DNA of 61,744 nucleotides, filler included. It is 6 parts of 6 records of this genome, joined end to end, with 100 filler letters (N's around TTAATTAATTAA, not from the genome) between each part and the next. Parts side by side here need not be neighbours in the genome. Positions count along the whole stretch, not along the records: positions 15,251 to 33,723 come from SRR31147125_13076; positions 33,824 to 39,326 come from SRR31147125_13084; positions 39,427 to 56,165 come from SRR31147125_13135; 3 more parts are not named here. The stretch is one strand, 5' to 3'. Each line of letters starts with the position of its first letter. Position 1 is the stretch's first letter. Shown in pieces: positions 30,672 to 42,082 of this stretch. The notes beneath the pieces were generated by a model, which saw only the letters and a list, made by a program, of their open reading frames with translations, ran no database searches and was not told the DNA's origin. The position numbers and the translations under genes were made by a program.

Positions 30672-33091
30672 ATGAAAATCATAATCTCACAAAATATCAT
30701 AACGAAGCTTTCGAAAGTTTTCCCCTTGAGGGGAATAAAAGGGGTGACCTTTTTGCTACTTCTTACACTATTTGCTTGCCAGCCAAAGACAGAAACACAA
30801 CCAGAATACAATGCCGTTCAATATGTTAATCCACAAATTGGCTCTGTTCACGGGCGCTGGTTTTTCTACACTCCGGCAGCCTTACCTTTCGGAATGGCAA
30901 AACTGGCACCACACACAAATGCCTACGAGAGTTTGGGCGCCTGGCTTCCGGGTGGTTACGACGACCGACACAATTCCATTGAAGGATTTGGGCATTTTCA
31001 CGAGTTTCAGATTGGAGGTGTAGTTGTTATGCCAACCACCGGCAAATTAAAAACAATTCCCGGAACTTTGGAAAATCCTGATGTAGGTTACCGTTCGCGT
31101 TTCGATAAAACAGATGAGCATTCGGAACCCGGTTACTATTCGGTTCTATTGAAAGATTATGGAATTAAGGCTGAAATAACCGCTACCGAAAGAGTCGGTT
31201 TTCATCGCTACACTTTCCCAAAGTCAAAAGCATCTCGTTTGGTTTTCGACCTTGGACATAAACAAGGCGAAAGTAGCGATGTAACAGAAGCTTATGCACG
31301 TTTGGTAAACGAAAACGAAGTGGAAGGTTATGTGGAAACTAATCCTGAATATGTAAAATTTGGCGACCCGGGCAACCGCGTTAAAATGTATTTCGTTGCC
31401 AAATTGAGTAAAACACCTGAATCGCTTGGATCTTTTGTTGATTCTGAAATAAGCGAGAATAAGCCTGAAACCAAAGGTGTTAAAAACGGTATTTTTCTGA
31501 ATTTCAAAACAAAAGAAAATGAAATTATTGAAATGCAGGTTGGCCTTTCGTATTGCAGTATTGATAATGCGCGATTAAACATGAAAGCTGAAGCCTCCAA
31601 TATCAGTTTCGATGAGGTGCATAAAAACGCTACCGAAAAATGGAACGAAATGTTGGGGCGTATTCAGGTTGAAGACGAGAACTCCAAAATAAAACAAAAT
31701 TCTACACCGGCCTTTACCATGCTTTGGTAGGCCGTGGTTTGGCCAGCGATGTAAACGGACAATATAAATTAAACGGCGAGGGAGTTGGACAAATTCCTTT
31801 AGACGAAAACGGAAAGCCAAAATACAATCATTATAATTCCGATGGAATTTGGGGAGGCTTCTGGAATCTCGGGCAGGTTTGGGCACTGGCTTATCCCGAT
31901 TATTTAAGTCAGTATGTACAAACCAACATCGATTTTTCGAAAGAAACAGGCTGGTTGCACGATGGCGTTGCGGCTGGAGCTTTTACTAACGGTGTTCAAA
32001 CAAATTTTCAGGGCTTGTTAATGGCAGCTGCCTACAATTGCGGCATTCGTAATTTTGAACTTGACGCAGGTTATAAAATTGCACTTAAAAATGAAGTGGA
32101 ACACCGTGGACGAAATCTTGGAAACGGGAAATACGATTTAGGCTACTTTACAAAACAAGGTTACGTGCCTTATCAAGATACTACAATTTCGAATGGGTGG
32201 GTGTTCAATTTTGGAGCGTCGCACACGTTGGAATACGCTTTTAGTTCATACGCTGTGGCGCAAATGGCAAAGAATTTGGGAACGGAAGAAGAATACCAAA
32301 AGCTTATGCAACAAGCCGCTTACTGGGAAAATATTTTTGATACTGAAACCAAATTTATCCGACCGAAATTACCAAGCGGTGAGTTTATTCCTGATTTCGA
32401 TCCGATGAAAGGTTGGGATGGATTTCAGGAAGGAAATGCCTACCAATACTCCCATGTTCCGCACAATCCGGCCGGTTTAATTGAAAAAATGGGCTTGGAA
32501 ACCTTTAACGAACGTCTTGAAAAAACATTCATCGAAAGCCGTAAATCATTATTCGGCGGAGGAAAAGAGATACACAGTTTTTCGGGCGTTGAAACCTTAT
32601 ACAACCAGGGAAATCAACCTTGTCTGCATCAGCCCTGGTTATTTAACTACTCCGGCAAACCGTGGTTAACACAATTCTGGACACGCACCATTTGCGACGA
32701 ATTTTATGGAACAGAACCACTGCACGGCTACGGTTTTGGACAAGACGAAGACCAGGGACAGTTGGGGGCATGGTATGTAATGGCGGCACTTGGTTTGTTC
32801 GATGTTCAGGGGCACACTGCTGCAAACCCAAGCTTTCAGTTTGGCAGCCCGATGTTTGAAAAAGTAACCATACAGCTTTCAGAAGATAAAAATCTGCTTA
32901 TCGAAACAGAAAATAATTCAACCGAAAATAAATACCTGCAAAACGCAGAATTCAACGGAATGCAAATTGAAAATTGCTGGATTATGCGTTCAGAATTAAT
33001 GAATGGAGGAACCCTAAAATTTGAAATGGGAACAGAGCCAAATGAAAATTGGGGAGTGGGAACACCACCACCATCAATGGGAAATGAATAA
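30672..33091 (+). CDS. GH92 alpha-mannosidase lipoprotein, frameshifted near 31685
   Basis: YVNPQIG, PFGM, PGYYSV.L, FYTGLYH across the shift, SHTLEYA, FQEGNAYQY, QGNQP, DEDQGQLGAWYV. Confidence 0.9.
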
Positions 33092-33104
33092 ATACGATTG
33101 GGCT

Positions 33105-33175
33105 GTCATTTCGACGAGCTAACGAGGAGAAATCTCTCACTTATGAAACAGATTTCTCACGTTGTTCGAAATGAC
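33105..33175. repeat. REP-like nested palindrome
   Basis: GTCATTTCGA...GAGAAATCT...AGATTTCTC...TCGAAATGAC. Confidence 0.7.
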
Positions 33176-33192
33176 TGTGAGTGAAACGAACA

Positions 33193-33237
33193 AGCCCTGA
33201 AAGGGCGAAACATAACAGCCCAGGGCATCGCCCTGGG
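33193..33237. repeat. REP-like double hairpin
   Basis: GCCCTGAAAGGGC and CCCAGGGC-atc-GCCCTGGG. Confidence 0.65.
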
Positions 33238-33385
33238 TATAAATAGTAGGACAATACTCGGCGCACGCCGAAAACTAGATTGAAAAACAAATGTTACATG
33301 CGCCGAAAAGAAAAAATGAGTTTAAAAACATCAACAAATAACATGCTTAGATAGCACTTAAACAGCAATAATAAACCATACCACT

Positions 33386-33723
33386 ATGCCAAGAATAGTA
33401 ACCTTAGTTTTAATCCTGACAACAGCAATTTCAGTGTTTGCCCAGAATAGGGAAATTCTTTTGAATACCGGATGGAAAGCCAAACGAGCTTCAGAATTGC
33501 CGATGGATGGAACAGTAATTTCATCTCCTGATTTTGAGTTTTACGATTGGATGGATGCTGTTGTTCCGGGAACTGTTCTAACGACCTTGTTGCATAATAA
33601 AAAGGTGCCCGATCCTTTTTTCGGATTAAATAATGAATTGATTCCGGATATTTATGAGACCGGCTCTGAACACTATACTTACTGGTTTCAGAATAATTTT
33701 TCAGTACCTGATTTAAAAGAAGG
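33386..33723 (+). CDS. GH2 glycoside hydrolase (beta-mannosidase-like) N-terminus, 3' truncated
   Basis: Signal peptide; LNTGW, AVVPGTVLTTL...PDPFFG.NN..IPD, YWF. Confidence 0.8.
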
Positions 33724-33823
33724 NNNNNNNNNNNNNNNNNNNNNNNNNNNNNNNNNNNNNNNNNNNNTTAATTAATTAANNNNNNNNNNNNNNNNNNNNN
33801 NNNNNNNNNNNNNNNNNNNNNNN
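33724..33823. other. Artificial contig linker
   Basis: N-run + TTAATTAATTAA + N-run. Confidence 0.98.
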
Positions 33824-34995
33824 AAATTTAATATCCCCTGGTTGCTCCTGTAATTCTGCTCAATCTTAATGATTTTGCAATCAGGATATGTTTGGGGGAA
33901 ACGTAAAATGTTTTCAAAATTGGCACCCCGGAACGCATAGATACTTTGCGAATCGTCGCCCACAACCATTATATTTTTACGGCCACCAGCAATGAAATCA
34001 ACGATCTCTTTCTGCACAATGTTCGTATCCTGAAACTCATCAACAAGAATAAATTTATAAGAGTCTTGCAGTTTTTTCTGAAAATGATAATTGGTTTTTA
34101 AGTGATGATGCAATACATCCATTAAATCATCGTAATCGAAAATGTTAGAAATTAGCTTGTACCGCTTAAATCCTTCGTAAACAAGTTCTATTTCTTTTAT
34201 ATAATCAATTAATCCTGTGAAATCATTTTCAATTACATCGCGGATAGATATCATGCGGTTCCGGGCAGAAGAAAAAATTTCCTGCAACCTGTTTTTCTTT
34301 GGAAATTTTTTAATCGTTTTATGGAAACCAAGTTCTGTCTTTATTAAATCAATTGCATCAGCCGAATCTTCGGAATCAATAATGGTGAAATTAGAACTGA
34401 TACCCAGAAGATTTGCGTATTTACGCAACGTATAATTGGCAAATGCATGAAACGTACCGCCGGGAATTTTTTCTGCTGCGTTATTTTGTAAAAGCCGCTC
34501 TACCCTGTCTAACATTTCCCGGGCAGCTTTACGTGTGAAAGTTAGCAATAAGATTTCTTGCGGATTAACACCCTGTTCGAGTAAATAACTTACACGGTAA
34601 ACAATAATCCTGGTTTTTCCACTACCTGCACCGGCAATAACCAAACATGGCCCCTGTGTGCTAACGGCAGCAATACATTGATTTTTATTTAATTCTCTCT
34701 GGTAATCAATCTTTAATACAGCAGGATTATAATCTTTGGGTATTTCTAAAACCGCATTTGTTGATTCATATTTTTTAGCTAATTCCTTAAGCTCATTTAC
34801 TTTAATTTCAGTAGATTCATCAACATCAATTTCCTCGTAATCAGAAATATCAATTGTCTCCAATCCCTTATCTGAAGTTTTTGCAGGTGTATTGCTCAAT
34901 CTTTCAATTGATCCAAATAAATCGTCGAGAACATTTTTGTTTTCGTCTTGATTATCACTTTTATGAACAATTTTAAGATTATCTTTCTTTTCCAT
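33824..34995 (-). CDS. UvrD/PcrA-family SF1 helicase, 3' truncated
   Basis: AGAGSGKT, LTFTRKAA, GTFH, VDEFQD, VGDDSQSIYAFRGA, QNYRS. Confidence 0.93.
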
Positions 34996-35146
34996 TTAAG
35001 GCAAATTACAAAAATGCTAAGTTAGTTTAATTACGTTTTAGCAAAAATCAAATTATACACGGTGATGAATATCATCTTAAATTCAATATAATATTTATAA
35101 CATTTCTCAATAAAAAAGGTAAATTGGGATAACATAAAAATATTTT

Positions 35147-36282
35147 ATGGAAACGAAATTTGCAACTGCGGAAAGAAAGAGTTGGGAGGTCATCAAAAAA
35201 GAATTTAACGAAATAAAAAGTGTAGCCTATATTCAGGATCTAATTAATGCACTTCCTTATGTTGCAACTGTCTTAAATGAAAATCGCCAGATAGTATTTA
35301 CCAACGAAAATCTTTTAAAAATTCTGGGCATTAAATCAATTGAAGATATTCTGGGAACTAGACCGGGTGAGGCATTAAATTGTATTCATTCCAATAAAGA
35401 AGTTGGCGGATGCGGTGCAACAGAACATTGTAGGTTTTGTGGAGCAGTAACCAGCATAATAAAAAGCCAATCTTTAAAAACAAAAGTAGTTGATGAGTGC
35501 AGAATTACCTCTAAACAAAATGATGAAATAATATCGTACGACTTTCAGGTAAGTGCAACACCTTTTGAATGGTTAAACAAAGAATTTACAATATTTACGA
35601 TTTTAGATATTAGCAGTGAAAAAGAAGGCGGGCATTGGAACGAATTTTTTTCCATGATGTATTAAATAAAACCGGCGGGTTAAGTGGTTTTTTAGAAATT
35701 ATTAAAACTGCTGAAGATAGACAACGCATTATGGAAATTACCTCTATGATGGAAGAAATTACCCGCGATTTAAATGAAGAAATAATTGCACAACGTCAGT
35801 TACTCGAAGCAGAAAATAATGAATTAATAGTAAAATCCTCAAAATGTGATACACTTGAAATAATTAATTCTGTTGTTTTACAATTAAAACACCACGAGGT
35901 TTCTATGGATAAAAACCTGGCAGTTGATGCTACGGCTGAATTAGTAAACTTTGCAACAGACATAATTTTGCTAAAACGGGTTTTAACAAATATGGTGAAG
36001 AATGCACTTGAGGCAAGCACAGTGGGACAAACCGTCACAATTGGATCGCAATTAATTGGTGATAGAGTTAATTTTTGGATCAAAAACGAGAATGAAATTC
36101 CTAAGAAAATACAGAACCAGATTTTTCAACGTTCTTTCTCAACCAAGGGAGCCAGTCGTGGTTTAGGGACATACAGCATGAAACTAATTGGTGAAAAAAA
36201 TTTAAAAGGAAAGGTATCGTTTAGATCAGATAAAGAATCTGGAACCGTTTTTATGATAAATTTACCTCTCGAATTGAAATAG
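35147..36282 (+). CDS. Sensor histidine kinase with Cys-rich PAS-like input, frameshifted near 35620
   Basis: Join gives EKRRRALERIFFHDVLN (H-box); NMVKNALEA, FSTKG..RGLG. Confidence 0.88.
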
Positions 36283-36285
36283 TAA

Positions 36286-37245
36286 ATGGTAAAATATACA
36301 TTCTTAACGATTGTTGTCTCACTGGTATTTTCTATCCATGATTGTTATACTCAAAATTTTACCGAAGAAGAAATTATTCTTGAAACCCCAACGGGAAATT
36401 TATACGGTACGCTCACCATTCCGGTAAAAGGGAAAAAACATTCCCTGGCATTAATTATATCCGGCTCAGGACCTACTGATAGAGATGGAAATTCAATTAT
36501 GATGCATGGCAAAAACAATTCACTCCAAATGTTAAGCCATGAACTTGGCGAAAACAAAATTGCATCTGTAAGATTTGATAAGAGAGGAGTAAGTGCCAGC
36601 AGGAAATCAGGTTTCTCGGAACAAGATTTACGTTTTGACCATTATGTCTATGATGTTGTATTCTGGTTAAGAAAACTGAATGCCGACAATCGTTTCAAAA
36701 AAGTTGGAATTATTGGTCATAGCGAAGGTTCATTAATTGGGATGGTAGCTGCAACAAAAGAAAAAACAGATTTTTATATTTCCATTGCCGGTGCGGCAGT
36801 TCCGGCAAACGAAATAATTTCACAACAACTCGCCGGGCAAGACAACGAAATTAAAATTGATGCTGACAGAATAATGGATAAGTTGAACGAAGGATTTACT
36901 GTCGACTCCATAAACCCGATGCTATTTTCAATTTTTCGACCCAGTGTTCAACCTTATTTAATTTCCTGGTTTGCGTATAATCCGGCAAAAATAATTAAGA
37001 ACCTTGAGGTTCCCATTCTTATTGTGCAAGGAACAAGCGACATTCAGATTGAAACAGAAAATGGTAAACTTTTAACACAAGCTTCAAATAACTCAAGGCT
37101 TGTGGAAATAGAAAATATGAACCATATACTAAAAATAACAGGTAACGATATGGCGCAAAATATTGCTGCTTACACAAATCCAGATTTAGCCTTAGCTCCG
37201 GGTTTAAGTAATGAAGTCGCTTCGTTTATTAAAAAAGGGAAATAA
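36286..37245 (+). CDS. Secreted alpha/beta hydrolase
   Basis: SGSGPTDRDGN, FDKRG, GHSEG, QGTSD, MNH. Confidence 0.9.
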   Translation: MVKYTFLTIVVSLVFSIHDCYTQNFTEEEIILETPTGNLYGTLTIPVKGKKHSLALIISGSGPTDRDGNSIMMHGKNNSLQMLSHELGENKIASVRFDKRGVSASRKSGFSEQDLRFDHYVYDVVFWLRKLNADNRFKKVGIIGHSEGSLIGMVAATKEKTDFYISIAGAAVPANEIISQQLAGQDNEIKIDADRIMDKLNEGFTVDSINPMLFSIFRPSVQPYLISWFAYNPAKIIKNLEVPILIVQGTSDIQIETENGKLLTQASNNSRLVEIENMNHILKITGNDMAQNIAAYTNPDLALAPGLSNEVASFIKKGK

Positions 37246-37248
37246 AAT

Positions 37249-37276
37249 TTTTCACTTTTCACTTTTCACTTTTCAC
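37249..37276. repeat. Heptamer tandem repeat (TTTTCAC)x4
   Basis: Read directly; overlaps the ttcA 3' end. Confidence 0.85.
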
Positions 37277-38010
37277 TTTACTAATTTTCTTCGGTAAATA
37301 CTCTTCATAAATATTATCCATTGCCCTAAAAATATTCAATTTGGAACGGTCGTAATAACTTTGCATCAATTCAATAATTTCCCTGGTCTTTTTCCTTTTT
37401 GTTTTGTCTTCGTGGTGGCACGACTTTATATCTTTCGGGTAATTCCTAATCTCGGCAAATTTTACAAGCTCTTCTTCAGCAATATTCAGTAATGGGCGAA
37501 TTACCTCTACCCTGCCCTCAAACATAAAAAACTTTTGTGGCAGCGAACTTATCGAGCCATGATACATCATATTCATAAACAATGTTTCCAAAGCATCATC
37601 TAAATGATGACCAAAAGCCAACTTATTACAATTTAATTCCTTGGTTAGTTCGAATATTCTTTTTCGCCTGTTCCACGAACAAATAAAACACATAGATTTT
37701 TTGAATCTTTTTCTAAGTCGATATCAAAGTGATCGATATGCAATGGAACATTGAGCTTTTCACAAAATTTGATTAAAAATTCCTGGTTCGAATGATACCC
37801 AACATTATCAATGTGTATATGCACTGCAATAAGCTCAATCTTAAAGGGCAACGACTTTTTCCTTTCAGCAAGAGATTCAAGCAAAATCAAAGAATCTTTT
37901 CCACCTGAGAGTGCTACGAGTACTTTATCGTTAGGTTTTAAAAGTTGATAATCGTAAATAATTTTCCCTGTTTTCTTAAATATCTTTTTTATATGTTTCG
38001 GCTCTTCCAA
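37259..38010 (-). CDS. ttcA: tRNA 2-thiocytidine biosynthesis protein, frameshifted near 37697
   Basis: PP-loop SGGKDS, CFICSWNRR, AFGHHLDD, IRPL. Confidence 0.88.
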
Positions 38011-38108
38011 TCTTACACTTTTTTGTTAAAGTTTTCAATAATAATATATTTTGATAAACTAGCAATCCGTAACTTTGTTATAATATCAAATTAGCGTAGT
38101 TAGGAATT

Positions 38109-38408
38109 ATGGGTGGTTATATGGTTGAAATAATATTTCCAAAACATTTGGATGAAAAATTTTACAAGAAAATTCCTGAACATCGGAAAATGATTAATCG
38201 ATTAATTACAGAAGGTGTTATTTTGAGTTATGCTCTTTCCAATACCCGGGACAAATTATGGATTGCATTTTCTGAAACCGATGAGGAAAAAATCAATGAA
38301 ATTATTTACGATTCTCCAATTTCCGCATATTTCTTAGGAGTAACCTGTATCCCGCTTCTTTTTCACGAAGGTATTTCCGCAGAAATTCCAAATGTTTGGT
38401 TGAACTAA
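38109..38408 (+). CDS. Small muconolactone-isomerase-like (dimeric alpha/beta barrel) protein
   Basis: IP.HR..IN.L..EG.ILSYALS..R.KLW pattern; TAACTTTG promoter motif at 38070-38077. Confidence 0.6.
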   Translation: MGGYMVEIIFPKHLDEKFYKKIPEHRKMINRLITEGVILSYALSNTRDKLWIAFSETDEEKINEIIYDSPISAYFLGVTCIPLLFHEGISAEIPNVWLN

Positions 38409-39160
38409 AAAAGGAAAAAAGCAGAAACCAAGGTTATAAGTATTATAAAAATCCTGTATGCTCTTTCCGGAATTAATTTCACGATTTTAATTCCAAAAAT
38501 TGCTCCCGCTGCTAAAGCTGGGATCATGGTCAAGTCAAATACAAATGAATCAAGAGTAATGGTTTCCCAAATAAAAATATGAAAAGGAATCTTGAATAAA
38601 TTAATGACAAAGAAAAACCAGGCACCTGTCCCGATATAAACATTTTTAGGTAACCTCATCGACAATAGATATAAAGCCATAATGCCACCCGCAGCATTAC
38701 CTATCATTGTGGCAAATCCTCCGGCAAATCCCATTAATGCAGCAAACCACCAATAATCCGGCACACTTATCTTTTTCTTTCTAATGTCTTGCCATATCAT
38801 TATTCCGACACTGCTTATTACAATAATGCCAATAAATTGCTTAAACAGCGTATCCGATATTTTATCACCAACAAAAATTCCCAGAAATATTCCCAGAACA
38901 GCCCAGGGCAAAAGTTTTATAACATATTTCCATTGTGCATGCCGATTATAATAAATAACAGCAAAAACATCGGCGATGGATAACATGGGAAGCACAAGGC
39001 CTGCCGACATTTTACCTCCGAAAATGGCAGCTAATATGGGGATAGAAATCATCCCTGCACCAGAAATTCCGGTCTTTGATGCACCTATTAAAAAGGCTGC
39101 AATAACTACTAAAATCCATTGGATATAATTAAGGTCGGGTAAACTTATGCCTTCAATCAT
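38405..39160 (-). CDS. Sulfite exporter TauE/SafE (TSUP) membrane protein
   Basis: G.SKTGISG, GLVLPML..AD, TM.GNAAG, FFF.INLFKIP. Confidence 0.9.
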   Translation of the reverse strand: MIEGISLPDLNYIQWILVVIAAFLIGASKTGISGAGMISIPILAAIFGGKMSAGLVLPMLSIADVFAVIYYNRHAQWKYVIKLLPWAVLGIFLGIFVGDKISDTLFKQFIGIIVISSVGIMIWQDIRKKKISVPDYWWFAALMGFAGGFATMIGNAAGGIMALYLLSMRLPKNVYIGTGAWFFFVINLFKIPFHIFIWETITLDSFVFDLTMIPALAAGAIFGIKIVKLIPERAYRIFIILITLVSAFFLF

Positions 39161-39205
39161 TTATATGCAGATTTACATTTGAAGGCACAAAAATAGAATC
39201 TTTAA

Positions 39206-39326
39206 TTAATCAAATTCAGGAATTAAATTAAAAGGGACTTTTACCAGAGTTCTATAAGTTTCACCAGCTTCGAGAATAGTCTCATCATCATAATCGTAAT
39301 ACCAGTTAATTTGCACGGTAGTTTTT
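39206..39326 (-). CDS. C-terminal fragment of a SiaC/DUF1987-like protein, 5' truncated
   Basis: Manual translation KTTVQINWYYDYDDETILEAGETYRTLVKVPFNLIPEFD*. Confidence 0.6.
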
Positions 39327-39426
39327 NNNNNNNNNNNNNNNNNNNNNNNNNNNNNNNNNNNNNNNNNNNNTTAATTAATTAANNNNNNNNNNNNNNNNNN
39401 NNNNNNNNNNNNNNNNNNNNNNNNNN
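39327..39426. other. Artificial contig linker
   Basis: N-run + TTAATTAATTAA + N-run. Confidence 0.98.
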
Positions 39427-39428
39427 TT

Positions 39429-39806
39429 GCCGGAACAGCTGTGTACAAAATACGGTTTCGCAAACCGGAAGTAAATGCCAAATCCTGGATCCTGGACCTG
39501 GGCCTGGTGCGTGAAAGTGCGCGGGTTCGTATAAATGGGCAGGATGTCGGTGCTTTGTGGAGTTTTCCCTTTCGTCTTCCAATACAGAATATTTTAAAAG
39601 AAGGCGAAAACGAATTGGAAATTAAAGTCACCAATTTATCCGCTAATAGAATTAGAGACCTGGATAAAAGAGGTGTCGAGTGGAAAAAGTTTCATGAAAT
39701 CAATTTTGTAAACATTCATTACAAACCTTTTGATGCCTCAAACTGGGAATTGGTGGACTCTGGCTTATTAGGTCCTGTTAAATTATATCCTGCAGAGATT
39801 AAATGA
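39429..39806 (+). CDS. C-terminal domain of a GH106-like alpha-L-rhamnosidase, 5' truncated
   Basis: WILDLG.VRESARV.ING...N.LEIKVTNL.ANRI...WKKFH.INF...SGLLGPV; clearly paralogous to 53541-54272. Confidence 0.8.
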   Translation, partial: AGTAVYKIRFRKPEVNAKSWILDLGLVRESARVRINGQDVGALWSFPFRLPIQNILKEGENELEIKVTNLSANRIRDLDKRGVEWKKFHEINFVNIHYKPFDASNWELVDSGLLGPVKLYPAEIK

Positions 39807-40021
39807 TGTAAAGTCCCTTATTGTTACCTCCTCCTTGCCCATTTAAAGTGGTGAGAAAAATTACCGGGGAATATATTTCTCCGGTAGTTATATTTTAAAA
39901 ATTATTTCAGTATATATAAAAAACAAGATTGCAATTATCAGAAATTATGTGATTATTATATGGTGCCTCATTTTGAATTTCCAGATTATTCCTTTTCATG
40001 AATCATAGCCACGAGTTAATC

Positions 40022-41968
40022 ATGAAATATTATTACTGTATTTTTGTCCTCTTTTGTACCGCAATGACTCTTGCCCAGCCAATGCAAAAAAATCCCAACT
40101 GGTTGAATGAATATTCTGCCACTGTTCAACTTCAAAAGAACATGGTAAACAAAGAGGGCGTGACGTTTGAAGAAAACGGACTGGATTTTCGTCGTGGAAA
40201 AGGTGAGACTTTTACAAACGTATGGGCTCGTGGAAGGGAATCCAAGGGTGTTTATCCGGATGAACTTTTGTCACCGCTTTTTATCCGAAAAATTATTTTC
40301 CGGGAACTGGAACTTTATAAAGGTAAAGTCTTGTGGATTTTCACCGGAACCAAAGCCGGATTTACGGTTGAATTGAGCCCAAATAGGATTCGCTTACTGC
40401 AAAGATGGTATGATTCTTTTGGATTCCATGATGCACCGGCAGATACCTCCATTCAATTCGCACGGTTCCCGCAAAAAGAATTTATTACTGCGGATATCTC
40501 TTACTCGGGTCAGGTCTTTTCTGTTGCGCTTTCCTACAGTCATGATTTAAAGATTAGACTCTATCTTAACGGTAAACTTGTCGCAACACAACTTTGTATT
40601 TTTGATGTGACCCGTCATCAATTACGCTACACTGGAACGGAAGGAGTGATGGCAGGAACCATTCTTAAACCGAAGGATGGAAAAAATGTAGTCAAGGTTG
40701 ACCCGGATAGCCAATTTCAGGACATCATTGGATTTGGTGGTATCACTTCTGTTGTGGCTTATAATGAGCTCAGTGAGCAAGGTAAAAAGGATTGGTGGTC
40801 TTTTTTACAGGATTATAATTTGCTCATGCAAAGAGAATATCCCAATGGTACCCAGCTTAAAAAGGATTGCAGTAATTTTGATAATCTCGATGATGCTTCA
40901 GTCCACTATTATGGTGATAATTTTCCCAACGGTGAAATAAGCGATTTCAATTACAATAGAAAAATCATGGACCTGGGTGGAATGGTCATCTTTGAATTCT
41001 GGGCTCTGCCCCCATGGGCAGCCAAAACGGCTGATGATGGAACGTTGAGAACAACCCAAAAGCCGATAATTAATCAGTATACCCGTGCTATGGTGAATTA
41101 CTGTAAAGAGTCACTAAAGAAGACCGGGCGCCCACCGCACATCCTTGGAATTCAAAATGAAAAGAGGCAATCTGCTGAAGATTGGCAGCAGATGACGCTT
41201 GCTTTAAGAAAAAAATTGGATGAGAACGGCTTTCAAGATGTGAAAATTCATATGCATAATGCACCACGACTGGCAGCCGGGATAAAATCAGCCCGGGCAT
41301 TTACAGAGAAAAGCCATGTTTGGGATATCATCGATTACTGTGCAGCCAATTTGTATGATTATCAAAATTATTTTACCGATCCTGATGGTTATGACAAAAA
41401 AATCAAAGAATGGACGGATATCGTTGGTAAGAAAACGTTTCTCTCCACAGAAATATGCATTAATAACAGTCGATATCAGCATGATTCCTACCATCTTGCC
41501 CTGACTATGGGGCAACTCTATCACAAGAATTTCGTTATGATGAATGCCTCCTCCATCATGTACTGCTGGATGCTGTTGAACGGTCCCCAGCCCAGTTTTG
41601 ATGCCACCAGAAGTCTGTTTAAAGTCAGTCTGGAAAACGACAGTCGACCTGTGCCTTCCTCCAAGCAATTACGGGTGTTCGGTGCTTTCAGTCGGCATTT
41701 ACCCAAAGGCATGAAAAGAGTAAAAGTTGTAAATACTAATCCTGATTTATTAATATCTGCCTTTGAAAAGGGACATGACAAAACAATGATTATTTTAAAC
41801 AGGGGTTCCGCGCGACAACAAGTTAAAATTGAGTGGCCTGGCGAAAAATTTAAAGGAGCGGAAATAACCAATACATATAAGGAAAACGTGAACATACCTT
41901 TACAAAAAGTCATGAACAGCGAAGGATATGTCCACATTAACGGCGGTGAAATCCTGACGCTTTTTTAA
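40022..41968 (+). CDS. Secreted clan GH-A glycoside hydrolase (GH30-like) with an extra N-terminal domain
   Basis: FQ.IIGFGG, acid/base IQNE, nucleophile-like STE, FSRH...GM.RV...SAF...ILN; alternative start 39998. Confidence 0.65.
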   Translation: MKYYYCIFVLFCTAMTLAQPMQKNPNWLNEYSATVQLQKNMVNKEGVTFEENGLDFRRGKGETFTNVWARGRESKGVYPDELLSPLFIRKIIFRELELYKGKVLWIFTGTKAGFTVELSPNRIRLLQRWYDSFGFHDAPADTSIQFARFPQKEFITADISYSGQVFSVALSYSHDLKIRLYLNGKLVATQLCIFDVTRHQLRYTGTEGVMAGTILKPKDGKNVVKVDPDSQFQDIIGFGGITSVVAYNELSEQGKKDWWSFLQDYNLLMQREYPNGTQLKKDCSNFDNLDDASVHYYGDNFPNGEISDFNYNRKIMDLGGMVIFEFWALPPWAAKTADDGTLRTTQKPIINQYTRAMVNYCKESLKKTGRPPHILGIQNEKRQSAEDWQQMTLALRKKLDENGFQDVKIHMHNAPRLAAGIKSARAFTEKSHVWDIIDYCAANLYDYQNYFTDPDGYDKKIKEWTDIVGKKTFLSTEICINNSRYQHDSYHLALTMGQLYHKNFVMMNASSIMYCWMLLNGPQPSFDATRSLFKVSLENDSRPVPSSKQLRVFGAFSRHLPKGMKRVKVVNTNPDLLISAFEKGHDKTMIILNRGSARQQVKIEWPGEKFKGAEITNTYKENVNIPLQKVMNSEGYVHINGGEILTLF

Positions 41969-42082
41969 ATTTTCAACATTTCAAAAATTAACAGGTGATC
42001 TCGGTAATTCCAGGAAAAAAGAAATAATAAGGATCGTTATTTTTATATAAACCAAAAAAATGGCATAGAACGGAGTACGAAA

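Noticed and set aside
33824-34995. UvrD helicase as part of a defence system (e.g. Gabija)
   Set aside because: No partner nuclease visible; neighbours are housekeeping genes and the gene is truncated
37249-37276. (TTTTCAC)4 as a phase-variation switch
   Set aside because: Lies at the extreme 3' end of ttcA between convergent genes; copy changes would alter only a few terminal residues
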